From a bacterium (lineage in GTDB: Bacteria; Bacillota_I; Bacilli_A; RF39; UBA660), in assembly GCA_963645945.1 (NCBI GenBank), contig CAVIUA010000003.1, positions 149-64,148 of the forward strand: DNA of 64,000 nucleotides. Direction: 5' to 3'. Below are positions 18,704 to 28,376 of this stretch, piece by piece (position 1 is the stretch's first letter; every line of letters starts with the position of its first letter). The translations under genes were made by a program, and so were the position numbers. The notes beneath the pieces were generated by a model. It was not told the origin of the DNA and did not search any database. It saw only the letters and a list, made by a program, of their open reading frames with translations.

Positions 18704-21031
18704 TTACTTTTTATAGATAGCCTCAAAATGAGTGCCATGATAAATTATTACTTTGTCACCTGGCTGATACATATTGCCATCACCAGTATTGTACCAAGCT
18801 ATAAAATTTGTTTTATTCTTTGGCTCTTTTAATTTATAATAAGTACCTTCTTCTTGCAAATAATCTTCTTTATTTACTACTTCATCATCAGATGTTGTTA
18901 CCATCCAAATCCTTTTACCAGCACTATTTTCATTTGGCTTAAGAATCATTTCATCATTTAATTGAATTTCTAACAAATAGTTTCTAAAAGTATTTAAATC
19001 TAAGTATTTAGATAATAGTTTTCCATCCCCTACCCTTAATCCTTTAAACATATAATAAGGCATAATATCCTTAAATGATGAATAATCATATAAATCTAGT
19101 TTTTCATAATCTCTATTTATCCAGTTTATATTATTACCAAATTCATATAAATTGGATAACATTACATTTCCATCTGTTGTAAGTAGTCCATTCGCAATAA
19201 TATTATAATATCTTGTTGAAGCTATAAAATAATATTCTACATCTTCATCAAAGTTTTCTATATTAGTAACAGTTACATAAGTAATATTATTATTTTCATC
19301 TAATTTAGCTATTTCTGTTCCTATTTTAAAATTATTATTATCAAGTACTGATACAAATTGATTAAGATTTTTACTGAATAAACCATGATTAGTTACAACA
19401 TTCAAAATTGTTCCATCTGAGAATGATATTTTTTTATAATTAGGATTTATTTTTCTTTTTTCAATCCATATAGGATATTCATATGTATATGATCCAGTTT
19501 CATGATTCCATACGAGTAATAAATCATCGTAAGTAATATCTTCTATGTTTTTAGTTTTTCCAGTTGCAAGAGTTATTTTTGTTCCTTTGGCTAAACATCC
19601 TGAGGATTTTGCTGAGGCAGTAATTGTTACGTCTCCTTTTATTTCATTTATTTTTATTACACCAGTTGAAGATGAATATGTATAATCAGTACCGGATGAT
19701 AATGTGTTTCCTGCCATGGTTATTGTAACAGAATCAGGAAGCGTAGTCCATTGTCCTGATGCTGCAAGTGTTGTTGAATAGCTTTGACCAAGGCTAACAG
19801 TATCTGTAGTTGTTGATTTATTATCATGTGTTAAATTTGATAGAGAAAAGGTAATGGTAAACGTCCATTTCATTGCTGTTGTTGCACTCTTTCTAGCATA
19901 TGTAGAGTCTGTTGTTGCTGATGAGGCATAGCTTTCTCCGGTGTTTTCTGCTTCGTCTATTCCATATACAACAGCATAATAACTTCCTTCACTTTTATTT
20001 GTAAATCTATAAGTTGTATCTGAACTATTAGTATGAGCTTCTTCTATTAAATTGCCAGATGAATCATATAATAATATGACATAATCTGTAACAGGTGAAG
20101 CAGTGCTTGCATCATTATTAGTCCATGTAACATCAAATGTTCCATTGGTATTGTTAATATCTAATGATACTGGTCCAATTAAAGGAGGTTCATTATCTTC
20201 TTCATATCCAGTTGTTACATTTGTAGTTATTGCTAGGTTATCAAATGTAAAACTAGTTGTATCATGTTGAAGATAAATTTTCATATCATATTTTGTTTTA
20301 TAATAATTAATATTGGTTTTTTTAGAAACATATACATTTACTTCTTCTTGACTATTTGCTTTTATAGTTAAATTACCTAAAGCATTGCCAGATGAATCTG
20401 TTAAATCAAATTTAGTACTATCTGTTGTTAGTTGATAGGTAACATCTGTATCACCCGAATTTGCAATTTTTATTGTTATAGGTTTTCTTTCAACATTGGT
20501 TAGGTTAACGCTTTCCGTTATTAAATCGGCAGCTACTTTACCTGCATCATCAAAATTAAATGTCATATTTAAATCATAATCTCCAGAGGTTGCTGAATTA
20601 ATGTACCGATATGTTAATTCAAACGTTACACTTTCCCCTGGTAAAAGATATGATCCAGCAGTTAAATTTGATATTTCATAACTTATTATATTTTTTGTTG
20701 TATCTGTTACATTAAATGTTTCACCAGTGTACTTTTGTACTGAATCTGTACCATTTGAAATAGTAACACTATATGTAATAAATGATACTTCAGATGAGGA
20801 AAAAGTTGTTGATACATTAGTAGTTAGTGAAGAATATTCCGGTACTTTAGTCATGTTAACACCATTGGAATCCGTTGAATAAAATTCACTTATAAATAAT
20901 TCATTTAATTTTGTTGAAGAAACACTTCCTGAAACTGATATTGTTGATTGCATAGCAGCATATCCTATATTAAGTAAAAAAAGTAGTAAAAATAAAGATA
21001 TTGCTATGGCATTTTTTTTCTTAATCTTCAT
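18704..21031 (-). CDS. large secreted fibre-associated protein: subunit-like N-terminus, FN3-like region, C-terminal Hint (intein-like) domain plus 154-aa tail
   Basis: 775 aa. Signal/TM then NIGYAAMQSTISVSGSV. FN3-like block (PPLIGPVSLD..WTNNDAS..YYAVVYGIDEAEN). Hint signature from Cys479 (SG-CLAKGTKITLATGKTKNIEDITYDDLLLVW ... VVTNHGLF ... NIIANG). The tail ends in a Listeria/Bacteroides-repeat-like FIAWYNTGDG..FEAIY. Confidence 0.7.
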   Translation of the reverse strand: MKIKKKNAIAISLFLLLFLLNIGYAAMQSTISVSGSVSSTKLNELFISEFYSTDSNGVNMTKVPEYSSLTTNVSTTFSSSEVSFITYSVTISNGTDSVQKYTGETFNVTDTTKNIISYEISNLTAGSYLLPGESVTFELTYRYINSATSGDYDLNMTFNFDDAGKVAADLITESVNLTNVERKPITIKIANSGDTDVTYQLTTDSTKFDLTDSSGNALGNLTIKANSQEEVNVYVSKKTNINYYKTKYDMKIYLQHDTTSFTFDNLAITTNVTTGYEEDNEPPLIGPVSLDINNTNGTFDVTWTNNDASTASPVTDYVILLYDSSGNLIEEAHTNSSDTTYRFTNKSEGSYYAVVYGIDEAENTGESYASSATTDSTYARKSATTAMKWTFTITFSLSNLTHDNKSTTTDTVSLGQSYSTTLAASGQWTTLPDSVTITMAGNTLSSGTDYTYSSSTGVIKINEIKGDVTITASAKSSGCLAKGTKITLATGKTKNIEDITYDDLLLVWNHETGSYTYEYPIWIEKRKINPNYKKISFSDGTILNVVTNHGLFSKNLNQFVSVLDNNNFKIGTEIAKLDENNNITYVTVTNIENFDEDVEYYFIASTRYYNIIANGLLTTDGNVMLSNLYEFGNNINWINRDYEKLDLYDYSSFKDIMPYYMFKGLRVGDGKLLSKYLDLNTFRNYLLEIQLNDEMILKPNENSAGKRIWMVTTSDDEVVNKEDYLQEEGTYYKLKEPKNKTNFIAWYNTGDGNMYQPGDKVIIYHGTHFEAIYKK

Positions 21032-22115
21032 TTTTACCTTCTTCTTTCATAATTCTATTCATTGAATAATAGTATATATATACTAAACCTGAGTTAGTAG
21101 GTACAATAAATGCACTCTTTGTTTTACTTGGTTCTTGACAGAATAATATTGGTGATCCTGATGAGTTTCTTATTTCGAATAAATCTTCAAATTCTTCCAC
21201 TAATACTATTTGGAATTTATTATAACTTAGTTCTGACTGTATTTTTGAGATATATTGACCATAGTTATTAAAGATATCTTTTAATCCTTTATTGTAAATA
21301 GTATAACAGTTCTTAGTCTTTTTAGCATAAATAGTCGTTCTTACAGTTAATACAACAGCTACTATTATTAATATTATACCTAGTGTAAATAGTCTTACAT
21401 CCATGTAACTTGTATCTACACATTCTATTAATTTATCTGTTCCATTATTTAATACATAATTCATATCAACATTAACAGTATTTGTTGTTAAAGGCATGGA
21501 CATAGATATAACCGCATCATCCTTTATATTAGGTTCATATCCTTCACAATTTCCTTTTATACCGATGTGTAATTTTAATGTTAATTTACTATTTGTTCCT
21601 GTTAGATTATATCTTTTAATAAATGCACTTGCTATTGTATTATAGTAGTTATAATCTAAATTAACTGTTTTATTTATTGTAAATGAATTATTTATTGTAC
21701 TTGTTACTGTTTGTTTTGGTAATACAGTATCTACTTTTTGATATAGTTTTTTGTCATTATTATCTAATATATCTAATGTTGATTCTATATAATAATAATA
21801 TGAATAATCTATATCTTCTTTAATAGATAATTCGTATGTAAAGTTTGCTTCTATGTAATTAATTAAGCTTGCTATATACTGATTTCCTTTTCCTAAATAT
21901 GGACCAAAGTAATCATTATCTTTTAAGTATACTTTGTAATCTAAATCACTTTTTTCGTCGTAATGTAAATAATAATTTTTATCTTGATTAAATGAGGCAT
22001 ATAAACTGAATATTGAAGAAACAAATAGTACAGCAATTATAACTATTGATAATTTTATTATTTTGTTTCTTTTTTTTGTTTCTTTGATAATTTTATCAAT
22101 TTGTTTCTTATTCAT
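21021..22115 (-). CDS. DUF5305-like bitopic membrane protein (fibre locus B)
   Basis: 364 aa, paralog of 8151-9875 with the same TM-ectodomain-TM-cytoplasmic layout. Its 3' end overlaps the 775-aa gene start by 11 nt. Confidence 0.6.
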   Translation of the reverse strand: MNKKQIDKIIKETKKRNKIIKLSIVIIAVLFVSSIFSLYASFNQDKNYYLHYDEKSDLDYKVYLKDNDYFGPYLGKGNQYIASLINYIEANFTYELSIKEDIDYSYYYYIESTLDILDNNDKKLYQKVDTVLPKQTVTSTINNSFTINKTVNLDYNYYNTIASAFIKRYNLTGTNSKLTLKLHIGIKGNCEGYEPNIKDDAVISMSMPLTTNTVNVDMNYVLNNGTDKLIECVDTSYMDVRLFTLGIILIIVAVVLTVRTTIYAKKTKNCYTIYNKGLKDIFNNYGQYISKIQSELSYNKFQIVLVEEFEDLFEIRNSSGSPILFCQEPSKTKSAFIVPTNSGLVYIYYYSMNRIMKEEGKNED

Positions 22116-22131
22116 GTTATACCTCCTTTAC

Positions 22132-23265
22132 TTAATTATTAAATAATGATCTAAACCAGATTGCTGGGAATCCTATATATTTAATTCTTTTATGTATTAC
22201 TCCTACAATGTTTTCTTTATAAACGTAACCAGAGTCTGCATATTTATTGTTATCTCCTTTTGTTACATATACGTATTCATCATTAAATACTCCTATTTCT
22301 GTAATTCTATGGATTACATTTTTATCTTTCTTAGCATAAATTATGATATCTCCTATATCCAATTCTTGATCTTTATACTTTTCAAATATAACAGCATCTC
22401 CATAATTTATTGTTCCTGTCATGGAACCTGACCCTATTGCCATAATTCCATATCTAAATGCACAAGATACAAGAGCCGTTGCTAAAGATATGATTATTAA
22501 CAAGATTGTTGTACTTATGCTTAGGCCTTTCTTTTTGCTTTTCCTCATTACTTTTTCAAATTCTACTCTATCAAACATATATGACATTGTAAGATATATT
22601 ATTAATGGTAATGTTATTTTAAATACTGATTTAATTAGAAGATTCATGTTAGGAATTACTGGTATAAAATAATAACTTATTATTGTTATAATTCTATATA
22701 CTGTAATTGCTTTATATCCATATTTAACTGACATTTTGTTATATACTACGTTGTTTACTATACTTGGAAATAGAACTGTACCAAGAAATTCAATTGTTGA
22801 ATCAAGACTTCTTAAGTTTACTGTTGAGCCAAAAATATTTACATCTACTATTACAAAAAAGATTATTGTTAGTAGTTTAAATATTTTTGTATTTCCTTTA
22901 TTTATAGTGAACTGATATCGTAAGAATTCTTGAATTATTATTATTATTGATAATGGTAATACTATTACAAGTATTATGTGTCCACTCATTGGTAAGGAGT
23001 TTTTTGAAAAGTCTGTTAATAAACCAATTACATAATGAATACTTACTTGTATTACTCCAATAAGTGCCATCGTTCCTAGTATTGTATTTTTATTAAATAT
23101 ATTACATTGTCTATATTTAAATATTTTTTTTGATAGTATTAATAGAACGATAAATATTAGTGCTAATTCTATTTTACTATTCATATTTAGCACAAGAAGA
23201 TTAAGAAGGAAAAATATTATGAGGATTGCTAAGTAATAATTTGCTAACTTACGTCTTTTTATCAT
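22132..23265 (-). CDS. polytopic membrane domain fused to SipW-like (S26B) signal peptidase I
   Basis: 377 aa with GSGSM, VIHRI and KGDNN boxes at the C-terminus. N-terminal multi-TM region shares E(I/F)LRY(E/Q), YG, YR(L/I)I and P(I/V)IPN(I/M)N motifs with 9878-11011. Confidence 0.8.
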   Translation of the reverse strand: MIKRRKLANYYLAILIIFFLLNLLVLNMNSKIELALIFIVLLILSKKIFKYRQCNIFNKNTILGTMALIGVIQVSIHYVIGLLTDFSKNSLPMSGHIILVIVLPLSIIIIIQEFLRYQFTINKGNTKIFKLLTIIFFVIVDVNIFGSTVNLRSLDSTIEFLGTVLFPSIVNNVVYNKMSVKYGYKAITVYRIITIISYYFIPVIPNMNLLIKSVFKITLPLIIYLTMSYMFDRVEFEKVMRKSKKKGLSISTTILLIIISLATALVSCAFRYGIMAIGSGSMTGTINYGDAVIFEKYKDQELDIGDIIIYAKKDKNVIHRITEIGVFNDEYVYVTKGDNNKYADSGYVYKENIVGVIHKRIKYIGFPAIWFRSLFNN

Positions 23266-23304
23266 AGTCTTTCCTCCTTAACTATTTTCTACTAAATATT
23301 AAGT

Positions 23305-23865
23305 TTATTCAATAGCATCACCAGTAGCAGTTACTGTAAATGTTGCTTCAGTTTTAGCTTTTTCTTGATCATTAAAAGCTTTTATTAATTCAACTCTTAC
23401 AGTTACTGTTGTTGTTCCTTCAGGAGCAACGCTTGTTGCATCATCTGCCATTGTAGTAGTAACTTTATAATGTTCAGAATCAGTTATAGCTGATGATACT
23501 TCTGCTGTAATTTTAGCCTTTAGGTCTGTACTTTTATTAATTATTTTAAAAGTTGCTTCTCCATATTCACCAACGTACTTTAAATTAGAAACTTTAATTT
23601 CTGCTACATCTACACTTGTATAACTTGCTTCTACTTTTGTTGGATTTTCAGCATCTGTATTTACTTTTGATTTTGTTGTTCCTGTGTTACTAATGATATC
23701 GCTATTTATATTTGTAAACTGAATATCAAAATCAGTAGTTGCTGTTGCATGACCATTGATTGTTACTTTATCAGTACTTGTTGCTGCATAACCTATACCA
23801 ATAGTTACAAGTAGTAATAGTACTAAGATAAGAAGTCCTTTATTTTTCTTTTTCACTTTTTTCAC
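23305..23865 (-). CDS. secreted fibre-subunit-like protein (divergent, Cys-free)
   Basis: 186 aa with a basic N-terminus and TM then IGIGYAATSTDKVTINGHATAT. The GTG at 23865 abuts AGGAGG; the GTG at 23856 (8-nt spacing) is the more likely start. Confidence 0.5.
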   Translation of the reverse strand: MKKVKKKNKGLLILVLLLLVTIGIGYAATSTDKVTINGHATATTDFDIQFTNINSDIISNTGTTKSKVNTDAENPTKVEASYTSVDVAEIKVSNLKYVGEYGEATFKIINKSTDLKAKITAEVSSAITDSEHYKVTTTMADDATSVAPEGTTTVTVRVELIKAFNDQEKAKTEATFTVTATGDAIE

Positions 23866-23968
23866 CTCCTTACTTTAATAACTTACAAATATAAAACCAT
23901 CTGGAATACCCGTCAGAGCACTTTACCCTATTATCGATTTTATACTGTATTCATTTTACTATATTCGA

Positions 23969-24002
23969 CAAAAAAAAACAACCTACATTTTGAGGTAGGT
24001 TG
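23969..24002 (-). terminator. rho-independent terminator downstream of the LuxR-type gene
   Basis: Stem CAACCTAC/GTAGGTTG (23979-23986 / 23995-24002) with an 8-nt loop, followed on the minus strand by a T9 run. Confidence 0.7.
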
Positions 24003-24011
24003 TTAAAAATT

Positions 24012-25406
24012 TTATTTTATAAATTTAAATATTTCTTCTTTGGATGATATTTTTAATTTATCAAAAATTTGTTTCTTATGAAACTTAACAGTATTTTCAC
24101 TAATATCCATACTTATAGCAATTTGTCTAACTGATTCATTATTAAGTAAATGATTACATACTTCTATTTCTTTTTTTGTTAAATTATATTTCATAAACTT
24201 TCTTAAATTTAAATTATCAATATTTGCTTTTGTAGAGTCTTCATCCCATTTATGATTATAAAATGTTGCCATTAAAATTGGAGATATCATTAATAAAATT
24301 AACATTAATAAAAATGATGTTAATATGACTATTTCATTTATTGTAGGATTATCAATTTTATATATTACATTTCCAAATAATGAACCTACACCAGAACCTA
24401 TTATAGCAATTATCAATATATTATATTTTACATATGAATAATTCCAATATTTTTTACTAATAACTCCTAATATATAATACATACAAGTGATTCCCATAGT
24501 TATAGTTAATCCTAAAATGAAAGAGTAAATTGATAAAACAATCTTTTTGTCAGATAGTATTCCTAAAAACATTGAAAATATATATGAACCAAAGATTATG
24601 TTCCATGTTAGACTATTACTCTTTTTAGCGAATTTATATATTATAAAGAAAATTAAACTACCAAGTAAACCTCCAATATTATAATATATTTCAATATTTT
24701 CAGGATAAAGATCATTCATAATTAGTAAAAGTGCACGACCAGTTCCTCTACAGAATAATAAAAATATACAATTTATAATTATAGAAGTATATAAAATTTT
24801 AGTTATCTTTGGAGCATTTTTAGCATACTTATTTTCTTCTACTTTATAATCATTATTATCAAGTCTTTTACTTTGAATATATATCAAAATAAAACCTATT
24901 AATAAAATCAAATAACTAATAATTTTATTTAAACTAAGTGTATTGTTAATAAGAGCAAATAAAGATATTAAAACATTTGAGAATAAACAAGTATATATTT
25001 TTTCAGTATTATTTAAAATATAGACAAAAAAATCTAATGCTCCAACAGAAATGAAGGCAATACTTATTGATATTAGAATAATCAAATATTTTCCTATTAC
25101 AAAATTATTAAATAATAAATATATTCCATATATGAGCAATAAAACAATTCCAGAAATACTTGCATATTGTATATTATTTTTATATTTATCTGGTTTTATT
25201 TTAAATAGTAGAAAAGCTCCTAGAAATGACATTAATGCGTTAATAGTTATAACAATATTTTTGTCAAAAATTAATGAGTCATCAAATTTATTTATCCACC
25301 AGGTAAAGAATGTAATTAATATTGCATAAAATATTGACCAGGTTAGTATGTATGGTATTTTATCTTTACGTATGTTTTTTATATTAGTTACATTTGAATT
25401 AATCAT
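24012..25406 (-). CDS. polytopic membrane protein with C-terminal LuxR/GerE-type HTH
   Basis: 464 aa with ~10-12 TM helices, then LTKKEIEVCNHLLNNESVRQIAISMDISENTVKFHKKQIFDKL. Confidence 0.8.
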   Translation of the reverse strand: MINSNVTNIKNIRKDKIPYILTWSIFYAILITFFTWWINKFDDSLIFDKNIVITINALMSFLGAFLLFKIKPDKYKNNIQYASISGIVLLLIYGIYLLFNNFVIGKYLIILISISIAFISVGALDFFVYILNNTEKIYTCLFSNVLISLFALINNTLSLNKIISYLILLIGFILIYIQSKRLDNNDYKVEENKYAKNAPKITKILYTSIIINCIFLLFCRGTGRALLLIMNDLYPENIEIYYNIGGLLGSLIFFIIYKFAKKSNSLTWNIIFGSYIFSMFLGILSDKKIVLSIYSFILGLTITMGITCMYYILGVISKKYWNYSYVKYNILIIAIIGSGVGSLFGNVIYKIDNPTINEIVILTSFLLMLILLMISPILMATFYNHKWDEDSTKANIDNLNLRKFMKYNLTKKEIEVCNHLLNNESVRQIAISMDISENTVKFHKKQIFDKLKISSKEEIFKFIK

Positions 25407-25508
25407 ATTGCACCTCGTTTATTTTTTCTCAATTAATTATTTTAAAATATTTGTTTTTCATTGTAAAGAAAAAATTTTATCAAAAAATGAACTATTATAG
25501 TAATGTTA

Positions 25509-25901
25509 TTATAGTTCTTTTGATTTAGTTGTCTTTTTTAAGTTTAAAACATTCTTTATAGAAGAAGCGAGCTTGGCTATTTCTTCAGTTTTCATTTCCG
25601 TTGTACCATTAGAAGCTAATTCTCCTATTTTATTATTAATAATTACATTTGCCGTTTTTGTTGTTGCGGTTATAGCACCTAGTAAAGCTTCATCCATTCC
25701 AATTATAGGATCTGGTACTATTAAATCAATTACAAAAGCTACACCTGCTATTTTTGATGCTTTATCTAATATTTCATTTGTTGCTTCTAAACTTGCTATT
25801 TTTAAAGCTGTTTTTTCTGTCATCTCTAAGTTATTATACTTTTCTCTAATTTTATTAATTACTTCTTTTTTTTCAGGAACAACAACTGTTTTTCTACTCA
25901 T
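25509..25901 (-). CDS. hypothetical protein
   Basis: 130 aa with a central hydrophobic stretch (GVAFVIDLIVPDPIIG). It overlaps the stop of the upstream DUF1292 gene. No family recognised. Confidence 0.4.
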   Translation of the reverse strand: MSRKTVVVPEKKEVINKIREKYNNLEMTEKTALKIASLEATNEILDKASKIAGVAFVIDLIVPDPIIGMDEALLGAITATTKTANVIINNKIGELASNGTTEMKTEEIAKLASSIKNVLNLKKTTKSKEL

Positions 25902-26172
25902 CGTTTTTTCCTCCTACTTGAACAGCAATTTCATTATATGCCGCTACTACTATATCAATTTCTTCTTCTAAAATATCAAATATTTGTATATCATTTTCAT
26001 CTTCTCTTATAACTTCTCCAAGTAAAACTCCAGCCATTTTACTTTCTGAATTATCATCCATAATCGAATACATAATATATTCTTTGTCTAAAGAATCTAT
26101 TTTGAAAAAACCAAGTACATCAACACTAATTATTTCACCTTGTTCATTTTTAACTTTATAATCAATTTTCAT
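25894..26172 (-). CDS. DUF1292 family protein
   Basis: 92 aa, acidic. The pattern ..V..F......EYI.Y......E......V....E..EE resembles DUF1292. Confidence 0.6.
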   Translation of the reverse strand: MKIDYKVKNEQGEIISVDVLGFFKIDSLDKEYIMYSIMDDNSESKMAGVLLGEVIREDENDIQIFDILEEEIDIVVAAYNEIAVQVGGKNDE

Positions 26173-26175
26173 AAA

Positions 26176-26991
26176 TTATCTTTCCTTAAAGAAATCTCTT
26201 TTTTTAAATCCTGCGGTTAAGAATCTAGTAAAAGCTCTTCCATTTGATAGCCAAACAAATTTTGCGTTATTTTTTGTATTATTTATGATTTTATCAACCA
26301 TAAATTTTGCGATTGTTTCTGGATAATCCCCAAGTATATTATATATTTTTTTTGTTTTTTCATCTAATTCAATTTTTTCTCCATCGCCTAGTGATGTTTG
26401 AATAAAATTAGTAATCATAATACCTGGTGTAATTTTACCAATTAAGACATTGGTATTTTTCTTTTCTGCTTCAAAAGCTAAAGCTTCTGTAAAGTATGTT
26501 ATAGCTCTTTTACTTGTTCCATATAATGAAAGACCTAATATTTTTGCATCATTACTACCATGTCCTTCTACATTATAAATTTGTCCAAATCCTTGTTTGA
26601 TCATAACTGGCATAATTAACTTAGAACATAATATTGTACCTTTTATATCGATATCAATTAAACGATCTATAGTTTTCTTATCAAGTTCCCATAGAGCAAC
26701 ATTAGGTTGATTGACTCCAGCATTATTAATCCAAATATCAATTGTTGGAAAAATTTCTAAAGTATCATTAATTAACTTATTAATATCATTTTCATTTGTA
26801 ATATCCGCTACGAATGATATTACCTTTCCTTGCCCTTTTTCTTTACATTTACTTTTTAATTTTTTTGCTGCTTCTGCTACTGCATCTTCATTAACATCAC
26901 ATACTACCAAGTTATATCCTTTTTCGCAAAAAAATTCTAACATGGCATATCCAAATCCTCTTGCACTACCTGTAATTACTACCGTTTTCAT
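26176..26991 (-). CDS. SDR family oxidoreductase
   Basis: VVITGSARGFGYA (TGxxxGxG), NNAG, YGTSK (YxxxK). Confidence 0.85.
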   Translation of the reverse strand: MKTVVITGSARGFGYAMLEFFCEKGYNLVVCDVNEDAVAEAAKKLKSKCKEKGQGKVISFVADITNENDINKLINDTLEIFPTIDIWINNAGVNQPNVALWELDKKTIDRLIDIDIKGTILCSKLIMPVMIKQGFGQIYNVEGHGSNDAKILGLSLYGTSKRAITYFTEALAFEAEKKNTNVLIGKITPGIMITNFIQTSLGDGEKIELDEKTKKIYNILGDYPETIAKFMVDKIINNTKNNAKFVWLSNGRAFTRFLTAGFKKRDFFKER

Positions 26992-27062
26992 AATCTACCC
27001 TCCTAATAAAATTATATCATAACTATAGAAAAAGACCTAACTATTTTCTAGTTAGGTATCTC

Positions 27063-28376
27063 TTAAAACTCAACTTTAATGTTTCTTTCTTGGTATTCAT
27101 GTCCTTTAACATATTTAATTGTTAATTCAACACTATCTCCTTCATTTTTATTATTTAATACTTTCTTTAAATCTTCTATTTTTGTTATTTCTTTACCATC
27201 TATTGCGGTAATTATATCACCTATTTCTAAATCAGTTTTATATGCACTACCTGATTCTAATATCTTGGATACATAAAATCCTACTGGTAAATTATATCCA
27301 GATAGATTTCCTGAATTTGTCATATATCCTTCTATGCCTAAAGTAACTCCATTACTATCATTTTTTCCATTCATTAAATCTTCTATTAAATCTTCTACAT
27401 CAGTAATTGGAATAGCAAAGCCCATGCCTTCTACACTTGCGTTTGTTGTTGAAGCTGATGATGAATATTTAGCAGTATTTATCCCTACTAATTCTCCTTT
27501 ACTGTTAAGTAATGCTCCTCCTGAATTACCTCCATTTATAGCAGCATCTATTTGGATCATTTCTATTGTATATTCATCTGTTGTTACTTCTCTGTTTAAG
27601 GCACTCACTACACCTGTCGTTACTGATTGACCATAACCTAAGGCATTACCTATTGCTATGATTCCATTTCCTACTTTTAAATCATCACTGCTACCAATGG
27701 TTGCTATTTTAATAGCTTCTAATGTATCTTTTTTCATATTACTTATATCAACCGATATAACAGCAATGTCTTTTCTTTCTGACGTTCCAACTATCTTTGC
27801 TTCTGTTGATTCTTCATCAATAAATTGTACTATTAATTCACTTGAATCTTCTACTACATGATTATTTGTTAAAATATATATTTTGTCATCAGTTTCTTGT
27901 ATAATTACACCTGAACCCGCTCCTTCTGCATACGTATCTTCACTGAAAAAACTTGGTCCAAAATTTCCAGAATTAACTATTGTCTTACTCGTTATAGCAA
28001 CAATTGATGGCATAGCATTTTCTACTACTTCTGATACATCTGTAACATATACACCAGATGAAGTATTAGATGATGTTTCGACATGTTTCAATTCAATTTT
28101 TTCTTCTTTATCACTTGAAACTTTTTTAATAAAATCAAAATTTAATTTACCTGTTCCATATAAGCATGCAACTACTAGAATAATAGTTAATAAAAAGGTT
28201 AAAATAATGTCTTTTTTATCAGCTATAAAATTTTTTAAAGATGAAGTTTTTTTTCTTTTTGTTTTCTTTGGTTTTTTCTCCTCTTCAAAAATTATTATTC
28301 TATCATCATTTTCTTTTTTTATATTTTCTTCTTTTTCTTCATTATTTTTTTCCATATACATCTTCCTTTCTAACAT
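27063..28376 (-). CDS. htrA: HtrA/DegP-family serine protease with PDZ domain
   Basis: N-terminal TM anchor, TNNHV (His), GNSGGAL (Ser) and a C-terminal PDZ-like region (GDIITAIDGKEI). Confidence 0.9.
   Translation of the reverse strand: MLERKMYMEKNNEEKEENIKKENDDRIIIFEEEKKPKKTKRKKTSSLKNFIADKKDIILTFLLTIILVVACLYGTGKLNFDFIKKVSSDKEEKIELKHVETSSNTSSGVYVTDVSEVVENAMPSIVAITSKTIVNSGNFGPSFFSEDTYAEGAGSGVIIQETDDKIYILTNNHVVEDSSELIVQFIDEESTEAKIVGTSERKDIAVISVDISNMKKDTLEAIKIATIGSSDDLKVGNGIIAIGNALGYGQSVTTGVVSALNREVTTDEYTIEMIQIDAAINGGNSGGALLNSKGELVGINTAKYSSSASTTNASVEGMGFAIPITDVEDLIEDLMNGKNDSNGVTLGIEGYMTNSGNLSGYNLPVGFYVSKILESGSAYKTDLEIGDIITAIDGKEITKIEDLKKVLNNKNEGDSVELTIKYVKGHEYQERNIKVEF

Noticed and set aside
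18535-18738. 67-aa minus-strand ORF between the DUF3137-like gene and the 775-aa gene.
   Set aside because: It overlaps the 3' end of the 775-aa gene, has no RBS and has an odd composition. It is most likely intergenic noise.
19169-19597. The Hint region could be a true protein-splicing intein.
   Set aside because: There is no +1 Cys/Ser/Thr after the terminal Asn (..IIAN-G), no homing endonuclease, and the flanks are not a recognisable interrupted host protein. A BIL/Hint autoprocessing domain is the more conservative call.
23866-23968. Possible riboswitch (for example c-di-GMP class I/II) in the 5' leaders of the fibre operons. Also a shared TTGTC(A/G)A ... AATAG(TA)GGGT motif in the locus A (12426-12478) and locus B (23921-23970) upstream regions.
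   Set aside because: Neither leader matches the GEMM consensus elements I remember. The shared strings are short, AT-rich and differently spaced (47 vs 42 nt), and locus C lacks them. The evidence is insufficient without comparative data.
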